A stretch of 64,000 nt of DNA, taken from positions 29,707 through 93,706 of the forward strand of contig JBKHJO010000001.1 of the NCBI GenBank assembly GCA_046538105.1, in the 5' to 3' direction. Every line of letters starts with the position of its first letter. Within the stretch, counting starts at the first letter, position 1. The translations under genes and the position numbers were made by a program. This document shows, one piece after another, positions 27,480 to 38,147 of this stretch. The stretch comes from Anaerolineales bacterium (GTDB lineage Bacteria; Chloroflexota; Anaerolineae; UBA1429). The notes beneath the pieces were generated by a model, which did not search any database, was not told the DNA's origin, and worked only from the letters and a program-made list of their open reading frames with translations.

Positions 27480-29282
27480 ATGCCCACACAGGCTCTCTAC
27501 AACAAATGGCGCAGTCAGACCTTTGACGAAATTCTGGGCCAGGAGCATGTCACGCAGACCCTGCGCAACCAGATCCGGGCCGGACGAGTCGGTCATGCCT
27601 ATCTGTTCACTGGGATGCGCGGCACAGGAAAGACGACCACGGCTCGGGTTCTGGCCAAGGCGATTAACTGCGTGGGAGGTACGGATGATCCTCCCTGCAA
27701 TACCTGTCACATCTGCAAAAGTCTGGCCAGTGGGAGATCTCTGGATCTCATCGAGATCGATGCTGCCTCGAACAGGGGCATAGATGAGATACGCGATCTG
27801 CGCGATCGGGTTTCCTTTGCCCCTCACGAATGCCGCTATAAGGTGTATGTCATCGATGAGGTACACATGCTCACGACGGAGGCTTTTAACGCTCTGCTGA
27901 AGACTCTGGAGGAGCCGCCTTCCCACGTGATCTTTGTCCTCTGCACCACGGAACCCCACCGTTTGCCCGATACCATACTCTCTCGTTGCCAGCGTTTCGA
28001 CTTTCGACGTGGAAGCGTGTCCCTCCTGGTGGAAAAGTTGAAAAGGGTTTGTGAGGGGGAGGGGCTCCAGATCTCGTCTGAGGCCCTGGATTTGGTGGCC
28101 AGGAGGGCTGCGGGGAGTTTTCGCGATGCGGAGAGTCTGTTGGATCAGTTGGCAGCCTATGACACGGACGAGATAACGGTGGATCTGGTGCGTGACGTCC
28201 TGGGATCCGCGCCCTCTGTGCTCATCTCGGATCTTGTGGAATGCATGCTGGTCAGCGACGTGTCCCAGGGGCTGCATCTTATCAACGAGGCCCTTGAGGG
28301 AGGGGCGGAGCCACGGCAGTTCCTGAGTGATATACTGGACCATCTGCGGGCCATACTGCTCCTGAGCGTGGGAGGGGATGAGGGGCTCGATCAATTAAGT
28401 CCCCAGGCCCTCGATCACATGCGGCGACTGGCCCGGGACAGAGATTTTTCCCTGAAGGCGCTCGTGAGGGCCATCCGCCTATTCAACGAGGCCGGAGCGG
28501 GGCTGCGGAATGCCGTTCGTCCCCAATTACCCCTGGAACTGGCCCTGATAGAGACGGCGCTCTCGATGAATGGAGAGAAGGACTTGACGTCCGAGCCCGA
28601 GACCGCTGATGTGGCGATGGAGGCGGAGGAAGCGGGCCGTGAAAGTGGGGATGAGGATGCCCCGCCGACCAGGCGCGTCGCCGAAGCGGCTCCCTCTGAG
28701 GAACCGGAGGCTGCTGGAGGGGAGGAGGCTGTCGAGGTCGCCGAGGAGGCGGTGGAAGGGGAGTCGCCCGAGGCATCGGCGGAAGAAGCGCCCTCTGAAC
28801 TTGAAGAGGAGGAGCCTCCTTCTCAGAATCTGACCCTGGATTGGGTGTGTGGCAATTGGGATTTGATGTTGATGAAGATCAAACCCAAGAGTTATCAGGT
28901 GCGGGCGCTCCTCAACTCGGCCTATCCCATATCTGTAAAGGATGACCTTGTCACCCTTGGATGTAAGGCGGAGTTCCATCGCGAAAAACTTGCGGAGGAT
29001 AGACGACGTGGGCTGGTCGAGGATGTCCTGTCCCAGGTTTTGGGCGTGCCGTGTCGGGTTCAATGTGTCGTCGATGGGGAAGCGGAGGAGAAGGCGCGTG
29101 CCCGGATCCAGTCGTCCCATAGCGATTCGGGGGATCTATTCAGCAGCAATGGTCGGGCCGAGGCGCCTTCCGGTGAGGATGTTCGCGATGAATTGCTCAA
29201 TCATCCGGTCGTCAAGATATTGAAGGAGCGGGGCGGGCGTGTGTCAAAAGTTACGCTGAATAATCGAGATAGAGGAGGTTGA
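27480..29282 (+). CDS. dnaX: DNA polymerase III subunit gamma/tau
   Basis: GQEHV...YLFTGMRGTGKTT AAA+ clamp-loader motifs. Acidic low-complexity linker. Confidence 0.9.
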   Translation: MPTQALYNKWRSQTFDEILGQEHVTQTLRNQIRAGRVGHAYLFTGMRGTGKTTTARVLAKAINCVGGTDDPPCNTCHICKSLASGRSLDLIEIDAASNRGIDEIRDLRDRVSFAPHECRYKVYVIDEVHMLTTEAFNALLKTLEEPPSHVIFVLCTTEPHRLPDTILSRCQRFDFRRGSVSLLVEKLKRVCEGEGLQISSEALDLVARRAAGSFRDAESLLDQLAAYDTDEITVDLVRDVLGSAPSVLISDLVECMLVSDVSQGLHLINEALEGGAEPRQFLSDILDHLRAILLLSVGGDEGLDQLSPQALDHMRRLARDRDFSLKALVRAIRLFNEAGAGLRNAVRPQLPLELALIETALSMNGEKDLTSEPETADVAMEAEEAGRESGDEDAPPTRRVAEAAPSEEPEAAGGEEAVEVAEEAVEGESPEASAEEAPSELEEEEPPSQNLTLDWVCGNWDLMLMKIKPKSYQVRALLNSAYPISVKDDLVTLGCKAEFHREKLAEDRRRGLVEDVLSQVLGVPCRVQCVVDGEAEEKARARIQSSHSDSGDLFSSNGRAEAPSGEDVRDELLNHPVVKILKERGGRVSKVTLNNRDRGG

Positions 29283-29288
29283 AAATCA

Positions 29289-29630
29289 ATGGCCCGTAAA
29301 GGAAGAAGTCAGTTTGGACGTCCCCAGCGGGGCGATATGATGAAGAGGTTACAGGAGTTGCAGGATCAGATGGCCGAAGCCCAAGCATCCCTGGAAGAGG
29401 AGGTGGTGGAGGCCTCGGTAGGAGGGGGGGCAGTCACGGTAGAGATGACGGGTGCGCAGGAACTCCGATCCATCACCATAAAGCCAGAAGTGGTCGATCC
29501 CGACGACGTGGAGATGCTGCAGGATTTGATCCTGGCCGCTTTCAAAGAGGCACAGGAGAAATCTCAAAGACTGGCCGCGGATAAATTGGGGCCCCTGGCT
29601 GGAGGGGTGGACATCCCCGGTCTGGCGTAA
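29289..29630 (+). CDS. ybaB: YbaB/EbfC nucleoid-associated protein
   Basis: Position between dnaX and recR; MMKRLQELQDQMAEAQ... The true start may be the internal MMK. Confidence 0.8.
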   Translation: MARKGRSQFGRPQRGDMMKRLQELQDQMAEAQASLEEEVVEASVGGGAVTVEMTGAQELRSITIKPEVVDPDDVEMLQDLILAAFKEAQEKSQRLAADKLGPLAGGVDIPGLA

Positions 29631-30229
29631 TGGCTACTGTCCCCAAGGTAGTCGATCGTCTCATCGATGCGTTCAGCCGCCTGCCCGGCATCGGCCCCAA
29701 GACAGCCTCGCGATTGACGTACTATCTTTTGCGTGCGGGAGAGGAGGACGCCTTGGCGCTGGCCAAGGCGTTAACCGCCTTACATAAAGAGACGGTGCTC
29801 TGTTCTACATGCTGCAATATCAGCGAAGAGGATCCCTGTCCCATCTGTGCCGACATGACGCGTGAGCGAGACGTCATCTGTGTGGTGGAGGAGCCGTTGG
29901 ACGTTCTGGCCATCGAAAAGACGGGGCGTTTTGATGGTCTATATCATGTGTTACACGGACATATATCGCCTATGGAGCGGATCGGTCCCGAAGATCTTCG
30001 CATCAAGGATCTTGAGGAGAGAGTGGATAATGCACCGATCCGCGAACTCATTGTGGCCACGAATCCCGATATGGAAGGGGACGCTACGGCAGTGTACCTC
30101 TCTCGTCTCATGGCTCCCAGGGGCATCAAAGTGACGCGTCTCGCCCTTGGGCTGCCCCGAGGAGGCGATTTGGAGTATGCCGATCAGACCACCCTGGCGG
30201 AGGCCCTGGCGGGACGCAGGGAGATCTAG
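29630..30229 (+). CDS. recR: Recombination protein RecR
   Basis: C4 zinc finger CSTCCN...CPIC; Toprim domain. Confidence 0.9.
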   Translation: MATVPKVVDRLIDAFSRLPGIGPKTASRLTYYLLRAGEEDALALAKALTALHKETVLCSTCCNISEEDPCPICADMTRERDVICVVEEPLDVLAIEKTGRFDGLYHVLHGHISPMERIGPEDLRIKDLEERVDNAPIRELIVATNPDMEGDATAVYLSRLMAPRGIKVTRLALGLPRGGDLEYADQTTLAEALAGRREI

Positions 30230-30282
30230 CGTGCTGCGTGATATTGGGGTAATTCGCTGACATGGTAAAGGAGAGATGATCT

Positions 30283-31479
30283 GTGCGCGTTCTGATGCTC
30301 AGTTGGGAATATCGTCCTCACATCGTGGGAGGGTTGGGCAAGCACGTGACGGAACTACTGCCCTCACTTGTTGAACAGGGGGTTGAGGTGCATCTGGTGA
30401 CGCCCCTTTGCTCCGGTGCGGAAAAGATGGAAAAGGATGGCAAACTGACCGTTCGCCGCGTGGTATTGCCTCCGCGCACCGCAGCCAGTTTCGGCGAGGG
30501 CGTGGGCCGGGCCAATGAGACCATCAAAGAGGCGTGTGATGCGATCATCGAAGGGGAGGGACCCTTTGATCTCATCCATAACCACGATTGGTTGACCTCC
30601 TTTGCCGCTATCCAACTGAAGCACGAATACAAAGTCCCTCTATTGACCACCATTCATGCCACCGAGCGGGGGCGGGGACGAGGGGATCTGATCAGCCCCG
30701 ACGCACAGAGGATAAACGACGCCGAATGGCGACTGACCTTTGAGGCCTGGCGTGTGATCTGCTGTACGCATTATATGGCGCGTGAGTTACAGGCCTATTT
30801 TTACACGCCTTTCGACAAGATTGAGGTGATACCTAACGGCATCGATCCCGAACCTTTGGCAGAGTTGTCATCCCAGGATCTGGGGGATTTTCGCGCCCGA
30901 TATGCACAACCAGAGGAAAGCCTTGTCTTCTCGGTGGGGCGCATCGTCCGTGAGAAGGGCATGGAAATCCTGGTGCGTGCGGCGCCCAAAGTGCTGGCGG
31001 CTTTTCCCCAGACAAAATTCGTGATCGCGGGCAAGGGGCCAGAACTGGGGAATCTGCGCAACCTCGTAGAGGAGATGAATCTGGAGGAAAATGTATCGCT
31101 TCCGGGATTCATCAGCGATGGGGATCGGGATAGACTCTACTGTGTAGCCGATTGTGCGGTATTTCCCAGTCTCTATGAGCCGTTCGGTATCGTTGCCCTG
31201 GAGGCCATGGCCGCACGTACGCCGGTAGTGGTCAGCGAGGTGGGAGGGCTTGAAGAAGTGGTGGAGCACGCCGAGACGGGGATCAGCATCCAGCCCAACG
31301 ATGTGGATTCCTGCGCCTGGGGCATCCTTCATACTCTGCAGTATCCCGATTGGGCTGCTCAGCGTGTGGAGAACGCTTATCAGAAGGTTCTCACCGTCTA
31401 CGGTTGGGACAACATTGCGAAGCAGACCAAAAGCGTATATGCGCAGATCATAGAGGAGCGCGCACAGACGGACTGGTAG
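30283..31479 (+). CDS. GT4-family glycosyltransferase (GlgA/GlgM-like alpha-glucan synthase type)
   Basis: GTG start. N-terminal MRVLMLSWEYRPHIVGGLGKHV and C-terminal E-x7-E region. Confidence 0.7.
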   Translation: MRVLMLSWEYRPHIVGGLGKHVTELLPSLVEQGVEVHLVTPLCSGAEKMEKDGKLTVRRVVLPPRTAASFGEGVGRANETIKEACDAIIEGEGPFDLIHNHDWLTSFAAIQLKHEYKVPLLTTIHATERGRGRGDLISPDAQRINDAEWRLTFEAWRVICCTHYMARELQAYFYTPFDKIEVIPNGIDPEPLAELSSQDLGDFRARYAQPEESLVFSVGRIVREKGMEILVRAAPKVLAAFPQTKFVIAGKGPELGNLRNLVEEMNLEENVSLPGFISDGDRDRLYCVADCAVFPSLYEPFGIVALEAMAARTPVVVSEVGGLEEVVEHAETGISIQPNDVDSCAWGILHTLQYPDWAAQRVENAYQKVLTVYGWDNIAKQTKSVYAQIIEERAQTDW

Positions 31480-31494
31480 TCATCGTGTCTCACG

Positions 31495-32823
31495 CTAAGT
31501 ATTCGCATTCGCGGGGTTTTCACGTATCGTCTCATATGTCAAGGGCGGTCGCGGAACAGAACTGTCCGACCAGGTGTAGGCTCCCAGCAAGCGCGAGCGC
31601 GCCTCTTTCAGGCTTTTGCCGTCGCGTGCGTGAATGGTAAATAGCGTTTCGCCTTCTTTGATGCGATCTCCAACCTTTGGTCTCAGGACGATGCCCACGG
31701 CGTGATCGATTTCCTCTTCTTTTTGGCGCCGCCCCGCCCCCAGATCCACGGCGGTCAACCCCACCTCTTTGGCGTTCAATTTTTTTATAAATCCGCCGCG
31801 GGGAGAAGGTACTTTTTCTTTTATTGGAGCCTGGGGTAGTAGCGAGGGATCCTCTATCACCTGCGGGTCCCCGCCCTGACCATCGATCAGGGTGTAGAAC
31901 TTTTGCATGGCGCGACCATTCTCAATGGTCCGGACGAGTATGGACCGAGCCTCTTGAGGTGTATCGGCCCTGTTTCCGAGGAGCAGCATTTCGCCACCGA
32001 TGGTAAGACAGTGCTCGGTGAAATCCCGGGGGCCATTTCCTTTCAAGGTATCGATGGCCTCTCGCATTTCTAGAGCGTTGCCCACGGCCCTTCCCAGGGG
32101 TTGATCCATGTTCGAGAGCACAGCCGTCACGCGTCGGCCCATGTCATCCCCGATCTGGATCATCCTTTGAGCCAGCGTTCGCGCCCGCTTCAGCGTCGCC
32201 ATAAAGGCCCCTGTGCCTACCTTGACGTCCAATACGATGGCGCGGGCGCCTCCGGCGATCTTTTTGCTCATGATGGAACTGGCGATGAGGGCGATGCTGG
32301 GTATCGTCGCCGTCACGTCGCGCAGAGCGTAAAGCTTACCGTCGGCAGGCACCAACTCGGCCGTCTGGCCGGCTATGACGATGTTGTTTTTCCTCACATT
32401 GGCGAGGAATTCCTCGAGGGTGAGAGACACCTGAAAGTTCGGGATGGATTCCAGTTTGTCCAGCGTGCCTCCCGAGAAGCCCAGGCCCCTTCCGGACATT
32501 TTGGCCACGGGAAGGCCGGCCGCTGCGACCATGGGTGTCACGGCGAGGGTCGTCTTGTCACCCACACCGCCGGTGGAGTGTTTGTCTACGACGAGGGGCG
32601 CCGCGTCGCTCAGATCGATGGTTTTGCCTGAGTCGACCATGGCGCGAGTCAGGGCCGTAGTTTCCTCTGACGTCATGCCCTGCAGGAGCACGGCCATGGC
32701 CCACGCGGCGACCTGATAGTCGGGAATGGTGTCATCGGCGTAACCCTGGATAAAGAAACGGATTTCCTTGGGGCTCAGGGCCAGTCCGTCCCTCTTTTTG
32801 GCGATGATGTCGATGGCTTGCAT
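31495..32823 (-). CDS. pdp: Thymidine/pyrimidine-nucleoside phosphorylase
   Basis: DKHSTGGVGDKT motif. Start MQAID behind AGGAG. Confidence 0.85.
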   Translation of the reverse strand: MQAIDIIAKKRDGLALSPKEIRFFIQGYADDTIPDYQVAAWAMAVLLQGMTSEETTALTRAMVDSGKTIDLSDAAPLVVDKHSTGGVGDKTTLAVTPMVAAAGLPVAKMSGRGLGFSGGTLDKLESIPNFQVSLTLEEFLANVRKNNIVIAGQTAELVPADGKLYALRDVTATIPSIALIASSIMSKKIAGGARAIVLDVKVGTGAFMATLKRARTLAQRMIQIGDDMGRRVTAVLSNMDQPLGRAVGNALEMREAIDTLKGNGPRDFTEHCLTIGGEMLLLGNRADTPQEARSILVRTIENGRAMQKFYTLIDGQGGDPQVIEDPSLLPQAPIKEKVPSPRGGFIKKLNAKEVGLTAVDLGAGRRQKEEEIDHAVGIVLRPKVGDRIKEGETLFTIHARDGKSLKEARSRLLGAYTWSDSSVPRPPLTYETIRENPANANT

Positions 32824-32960
32824 CTTTTTTCTCCTATTTGGTTGCCTAATCTGTTCACGTCGCGACATAGATATCAAGGAATTGGAAGATCTACTATGGG
32901 GCGAGAATTACAATTTGACAAAGGGGACGTTTATGCTATAGTATTTTGTATATTCAAAGT

Positions 32961-33034
32961 GCCGCATTCGTCTAGAGGCCCAGGACACCTCCCTCTCAAG
33001 GAGGAGATCGGGGGTTCGAATCCCCCATGCGGTA
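32961..33034 (+). tRNA. tRNA-Glu (anticodon CUC)
   Basis: Hand-folded: acceptor GCCGCAU/AUGCGGU, anticodon loop CUCUCAA, T-arm GGGGG-UUCGAAU-CCCCC, discriminator A. Confidence 0.8.
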
Positions 33035-33040
33035 CCTTAG

Positions 33041-33076
33041 GGGAGCCAACGTCATGCGTTGGCTCCCTTTTTTTTC
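33041..33076 (+). terminator. Rho-independent terminator after tRNA-Glu
   Basis: GGGAGCCAACG-UCAUG-CGUUGGCUCCC followed by U9. Confidence 0.8.
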
Positions 33077-33096
33077 TTTCTACTAGAGGTCTCGTA

Positions 33097-34701
<1,605 letters not shown>

Positions 34702-34948
34702 CTATGCCCTCCCAGGTACTGTATGGAACAATCAACCTGGGATTACAGTATAACACTGACGCCATGCGTCACCAAACATGTGCAGCCCAGGGGTCTTGAA
34801 AAGTCGGCTTGAAATCGGCGGCAGTACTATATGTAGTGGTTGAGGCGATAAGTGTGCCCACATCTAGGGCCTTTTCAAGCAAATGATGCGTTTTTTAACA
34901 CCCTCTGTAACCCCACCTTATGAAAACCGCAATGTGAGATCAGCCGGT

Positions 34949-35731
34949 TCAGTTCCCGACGGCCCTCAGCAGGGCCTCCTCCGCGCTCTCGGTCAGGCCC
35001 AAGGCGTCCAGATCGCGTTGTAGGGATGCCCGCGTCCCGTATCCGCCCAGGTATCCGTTCACGCGCGTGGCGGCCGTGGACCCGACAAAGTCCTCCATAT
35101 CAGGATACATACGCTGAAAGTTGGTCATGATGATTTTTTTCTGTTGTAACATGTACTTTTGATGGTAATCCTCGGCCAGGTAGAATCGGGAAAGGGAGAC
35201 AATCTCTGTGACGATCTCGCCCCCGCGTTGGGCAGCCTCTCGTTCTTTTGTCTCTTGGGCCAGTCTTTTTTGTTTCTCGTTATGGGCAAAGATGACGGAC
35301 ATATATTGTCGTGATGGGGGACGGCGGGTTGGGTTGTGCGCCTTCCAAAAGACGGCTAACAACTCCTCATAGGAGATCTTGGTGGGGTCATAATCGATCT
35401 GCACTGTCTCGCTATGGTTACCAAGGTTGTAGTAGGTGGGATCTTTTTTCTCTCCCCCGGAGTACCCAACCCGCGTGCGCACCACGCCATCGAGAATCCC
35501 GAACCGGGATTCGGCGCCCCAGAATCAGCCCAGAGCAAAGCTCGCCGTCTCTGTTCTCTCTGGGGTTTGGGCATCGATGGGGGGCGTAGGTAGGGGAGAA
35601 GACTTTGAGGTGGAAGGCGGCGTATTGCGCTTTTCCGGCAACGCCAAAAGTGCGCCGATACCGGAAGCCACAAGGGCTACAAGCAGGGCGATGATCAGCA
35701 ATGGTTTTTTTCTGTCACTTTTTTCGCTCAT
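34949..35731 (-). CDS. msrA: Peptide-methionine (S)-S-oxide reductase MsrA, membrane-anchored, with an in-frame TGA at the catalytic Cys position (putative selenocysteine)
   Basis: Track ORFs 35525..35731 and 34949..35485 are in the same frame and separated only by TGA (35525-35527). Read through, the sequence gives ...ASFALG-U-FWGAESRFGILDGVVRTRVGYSGGEKKDPTYYNLGNHSETVQIDYDP..., the MsrA GCFWG.E motif. N-terminal TM/signal LLIIALLVALVASGIGALLA. RBS GGGAGGA precedes the ATG at 35731. Confidence 0.65.
35494..35512 (-). other. SECIS-like hairpin 13 nt downstream of the in-frame UGA
   Basis: GAAUCCCG-GUU-CGGGAUUC (8-bp stem) with a possible outer stem CGCC/GGCG. Position and shape are compatible with a bacterial SECIS. 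Confidence 0.4.
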
Positions 35732-35749
35732 CCTTTGATCCTCCCACTT

Positions 35750-37402
35750 TTACTCTTTGGTAAACCTGGCCGCGATGGGCATCCTGCGTCCTGTGCCAAA
35801 GGCTTTGGTGGTCACCCGTAGGCCCGGCGCTGCCTGCCGGCGTTTGTACTCGTTGCCATCCACCCTTTCGATGACCCACCGCACCGTCTCCTCCTCGAAT
35901 CCCAGATCGAGGATCTCCTCTGTGGAGTAACCCTCCTCGATATAGCACTTGAGTATCTCGTCCAGGATGGGATAGGGGGGTAGGGTGTCCTGATCGACCT
36001 GGTCGGGTTTCAACTCTGCCGAGGGGGGCTTATCGATGGAGGCGCGGGGGATGACATCACCCGCGCGATTCGCGTATTGTGCCAGTTCATACACCATGGT
36101 CTTGGGCACGTCGGATATGACGGCCAGACCCCCGCTCATATCTCCATACAGAGTGCAGTATCCTACCGCCAACTCACTCTTGTTTCCCGTGGAGAGGACC
36201 AGGTATCCGAACTTGTTGGAGAGGGCCATGAGGATGTTTCCCCTGATCCTGGCCTGTATATTCTCCTCTGTGATGTCGACCTCCGTGCCCGCCAGAGGTT
36301 GACTGAGACCATCGAGATAGGCCCGAAAGATGCTCGATATGGAAATCTTACGAAAGTCGATGCCCAAGTTCTTGGCCAATTGTTGGGCGTCTTGCACGCT
36401 TCCCAAGGAAGAGTAGGGGCCGGGCATGGACACCCCCAGGACATTCTCCGCTCCCAGAGCCTGGGTGGCCAGATAGCAGGTCAGGGCCGAATCGATCCCG
36501 CCCGACAAGCCGACGATGGCCCTCGAGAAGCCGCATTTCTGCATATAGTCTCGTAACCCCAGAATCAAGGCTTTATGCACCGCTGCCACGTCGTCCATGG
36601 GAGCGTAGGGGGTGGCAGCCCCCGGTTGCCCCGTCTCTATGATCTCCACATGCTCTCGAAATGGGGGAAGGACGGCGATGGTGCGCCCTTGGGAATCTAG
36701 GGCCAGGCTGTGGCCATCGAATATGAGTTCGTCGTTACCGCCGATTTGATTGACATAAAGGAAGGGAACTTGGTGCTTCTGGACGTGTTTTCGGAGGAGG
36801 GCATGGCGAATTCTCTCCTTCCCGGCGTGGAAGGGGGAAGCCGATATGTTGATGAACAATGTGGCTCCCTTACTGGCCAGGGTTTCCAGAGGATTTTTTC
36901 TGTAGGGCATGCACTTGCCCCAAAAGGCGGGATCCGCCCAGGCATCCTCGCATACGTGGATGCCCAGGATCTCTTTTTTAAAGGGCACAGGCGTTGTCCT
37001 GGGTGCTGGCTCAAAGTAGCGCACCTCGTCAAAGATATCATAACTGGGAAGTAAGGACTTGGGACAGGTAGCCGCAATCTCGCCGCGATGTGCCAGCATG
37101 GCAGCGTTGTATAAGGGTTTGCCAATCTTTAGATTTGTGGGGACGGGCGACCCGAACAGGATACCGGTGCCTGGATAGTCGAGGGACAGTTCCCTGATTT
37201 CCTCTATACCCTGCAGTACACGACCGATGAACCAGTCGCGTTCCAGCAGGTCTCTGGGTGGATAGCCCGTCAAGAACAACTCGGGAAAGATCGCCAGGTC
37301 CGGCACTTTGTGATGACAGGACTGCATCGTCTGTACGATTCGCCGCACGTTGCCGCGTATGTCACCCACTGTGGGGTCAAGTTGGGCCATCAGCACACGC
37401 AT
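35750..37402 (-). CDS. nadE: Glutamine-dependent NAD+ synthetase (CN-hydrolase plus NAD synthase domains)
   Basis: N-terminal nitrilase-like domain; SGGIDS PP-loop. Start MRVLMAQL behind GAGGAG. Confidence 0.9.
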   Translation of the reverse strand: MRVLMAQLDPTVGDIRGNVRRIVQTMQSCHHKVPDLAIFPELFLTGYPPRDLLERDWFIGRVLQGIEEIRELSLDYPGTGILFGSPVPTNLKIGKPLYNAAMLAHRGEIAATCPKSLLPSYDIFDEVRYFEPAPRTTPVPFKKEILGIHVCEDAWADPAFWGKCMPYRKNPLETLASKGATLFINISASPFHAGKERIRHALLRKHVQKHQVPFLYVNQIGGNDELIFDGHSLALDSQGRTIAVLPPFREHVEIIETGQPGAATPYAPMDDVAAVHKALILGLRDYMQKCGFSRAIVGLSGGIDSALTCYLATQALGAENVLGVSMPGPYSSLGSVQDAQQLAKNLGIDFRKISISSIFRAYLDGLSQPLAGTEVDITEENIQARIRGNILMALSNKFGYLVLSTGNKSELAVGYCTLYGDMSGGLAVISDVPKTMVYELAQYANRAGDVIPRASIDKPPSAELKPDQVDQDTLPPYPILDEILKCYIEEGYSTEEILDLGFEEETVRWVIERVDGNEYKRRQAAPGLRVTTKAFGTGRRMPIAARFTKE

Positions 37403-37406
37403 CTGT

Positions 37407-37937
37407 CTATTCGCTCCTCGGTTTGTAGATCTCTTCCAGGACTGTTTGATAGATATTATACGTGCGGTCGCCATAGCAGACGAGGAGGACGCGGTTCGGT
37501 GTGCTGTTCTCCTTGAGAAACTCCAGAACCTCTACAACGGCTATCCTGGCTGCTCGCTCCATGGGGAAGCGATAGGCCCCCGTGCTGATGGCCGGGAAGG
37601 CGATGGTCTCGATATGATATTCCCGGGCCAGGTTCAGGCTGTTACGGTAGCATTGGGCCAGAAGATCGTCCTCGCTCGCGTCTCCTCCCTGCCACACGGG
37701 TCCCACCGTGTGGATGACCCAGTTCGCTTTCAGATCATATCCGCCGGTGATTTTGGCCTGTCCCGTCTCACAGCCGCCGAGGGTGCGACATTCCGCCAGC
37801 AGTTCCGGGCCTGCGGCGCGATGGATAGCCCCATCCACACCGCCGCCGCCGAGGAGTGACCTGTTGGCGGCGTTCACGATGGCGTCCACGGCGAGTGCGG
37901 TGATATCGCCCTTGATGATAGCAAGTCTATCTTTCAT
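37407..37937 (-). CDS. Macro-domain protein (O-acetyl-ADP-ribose deacetylase/YmdB-like)
   Basis: [19 protein letters not shown]...[14 protein letters not shown]...AFPAISTG. Confidence 0.85.
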   Translation of the reverse strand: MKDRLAIIKGDITALAVDAIVNAANRSLLGGGGVDGAIHRAAGPELLAECRTLGGCETGQAKITGGYDLKANWVIHTVGPVWQGGDASEDDLLAQCYRNSLNLAREYHIETIAFPAISTGAYRFPMERAARIAVVEVLEFLKENSTPNRVLLVCYGDRTYNIYQTVLEEIYKPRSE

Positions 37938-38147
37938 GATCTCCCTCCTATGGTCCCGGACAGCATATGGATTCTACCTCTCGGCGCATCAAGATACAAG
38001 GGCGAATTCCTTTCTCGCGCCGGTTGCTTTCACTTGCATTCTCTACAGGATCGGTTCATACTAGATGCATGGTTAATCGTCAGGTGGGACAGGAGTCTTG
38101 TGACATTGTCGCAGCCCTTTCCCCATTTTGTAGAACAGGGAGGTAGC

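Noticed and set aside
27136-27783. 215-aa plus-strand ORF in the tkt–dnaX spacer running into dnaX
   Set aside because: Arg/Ser/Pro-rich with no domain-like sequence. It overlaps the dnaX start in another frame. It is treated as noncoding.
27480-29282. Searched dnaX for an E. coli-type programmed -1 frameshift heptamer (A AAA AAG) with a downstream hairpin
   Set aside because: No A AAA AAG heptamer is present in the gene.
35486-35527. Alternative reading of the msrA locus as a 5'-truncated MsrA starting at GTG 35485 plus an unrelated 68-aa upstream ORF
   Set aside because: The GTG-start product would lack the catalytic GCFWG motif entirely. The upstream ORF ends exactly one codon before that motif and supplies it in frame (G-TGA-FWGAE), which is the classic selenoprotein signature. 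The split model is therefore disfavoured, though a nonsense pseudogene cannot be excluded without reads.
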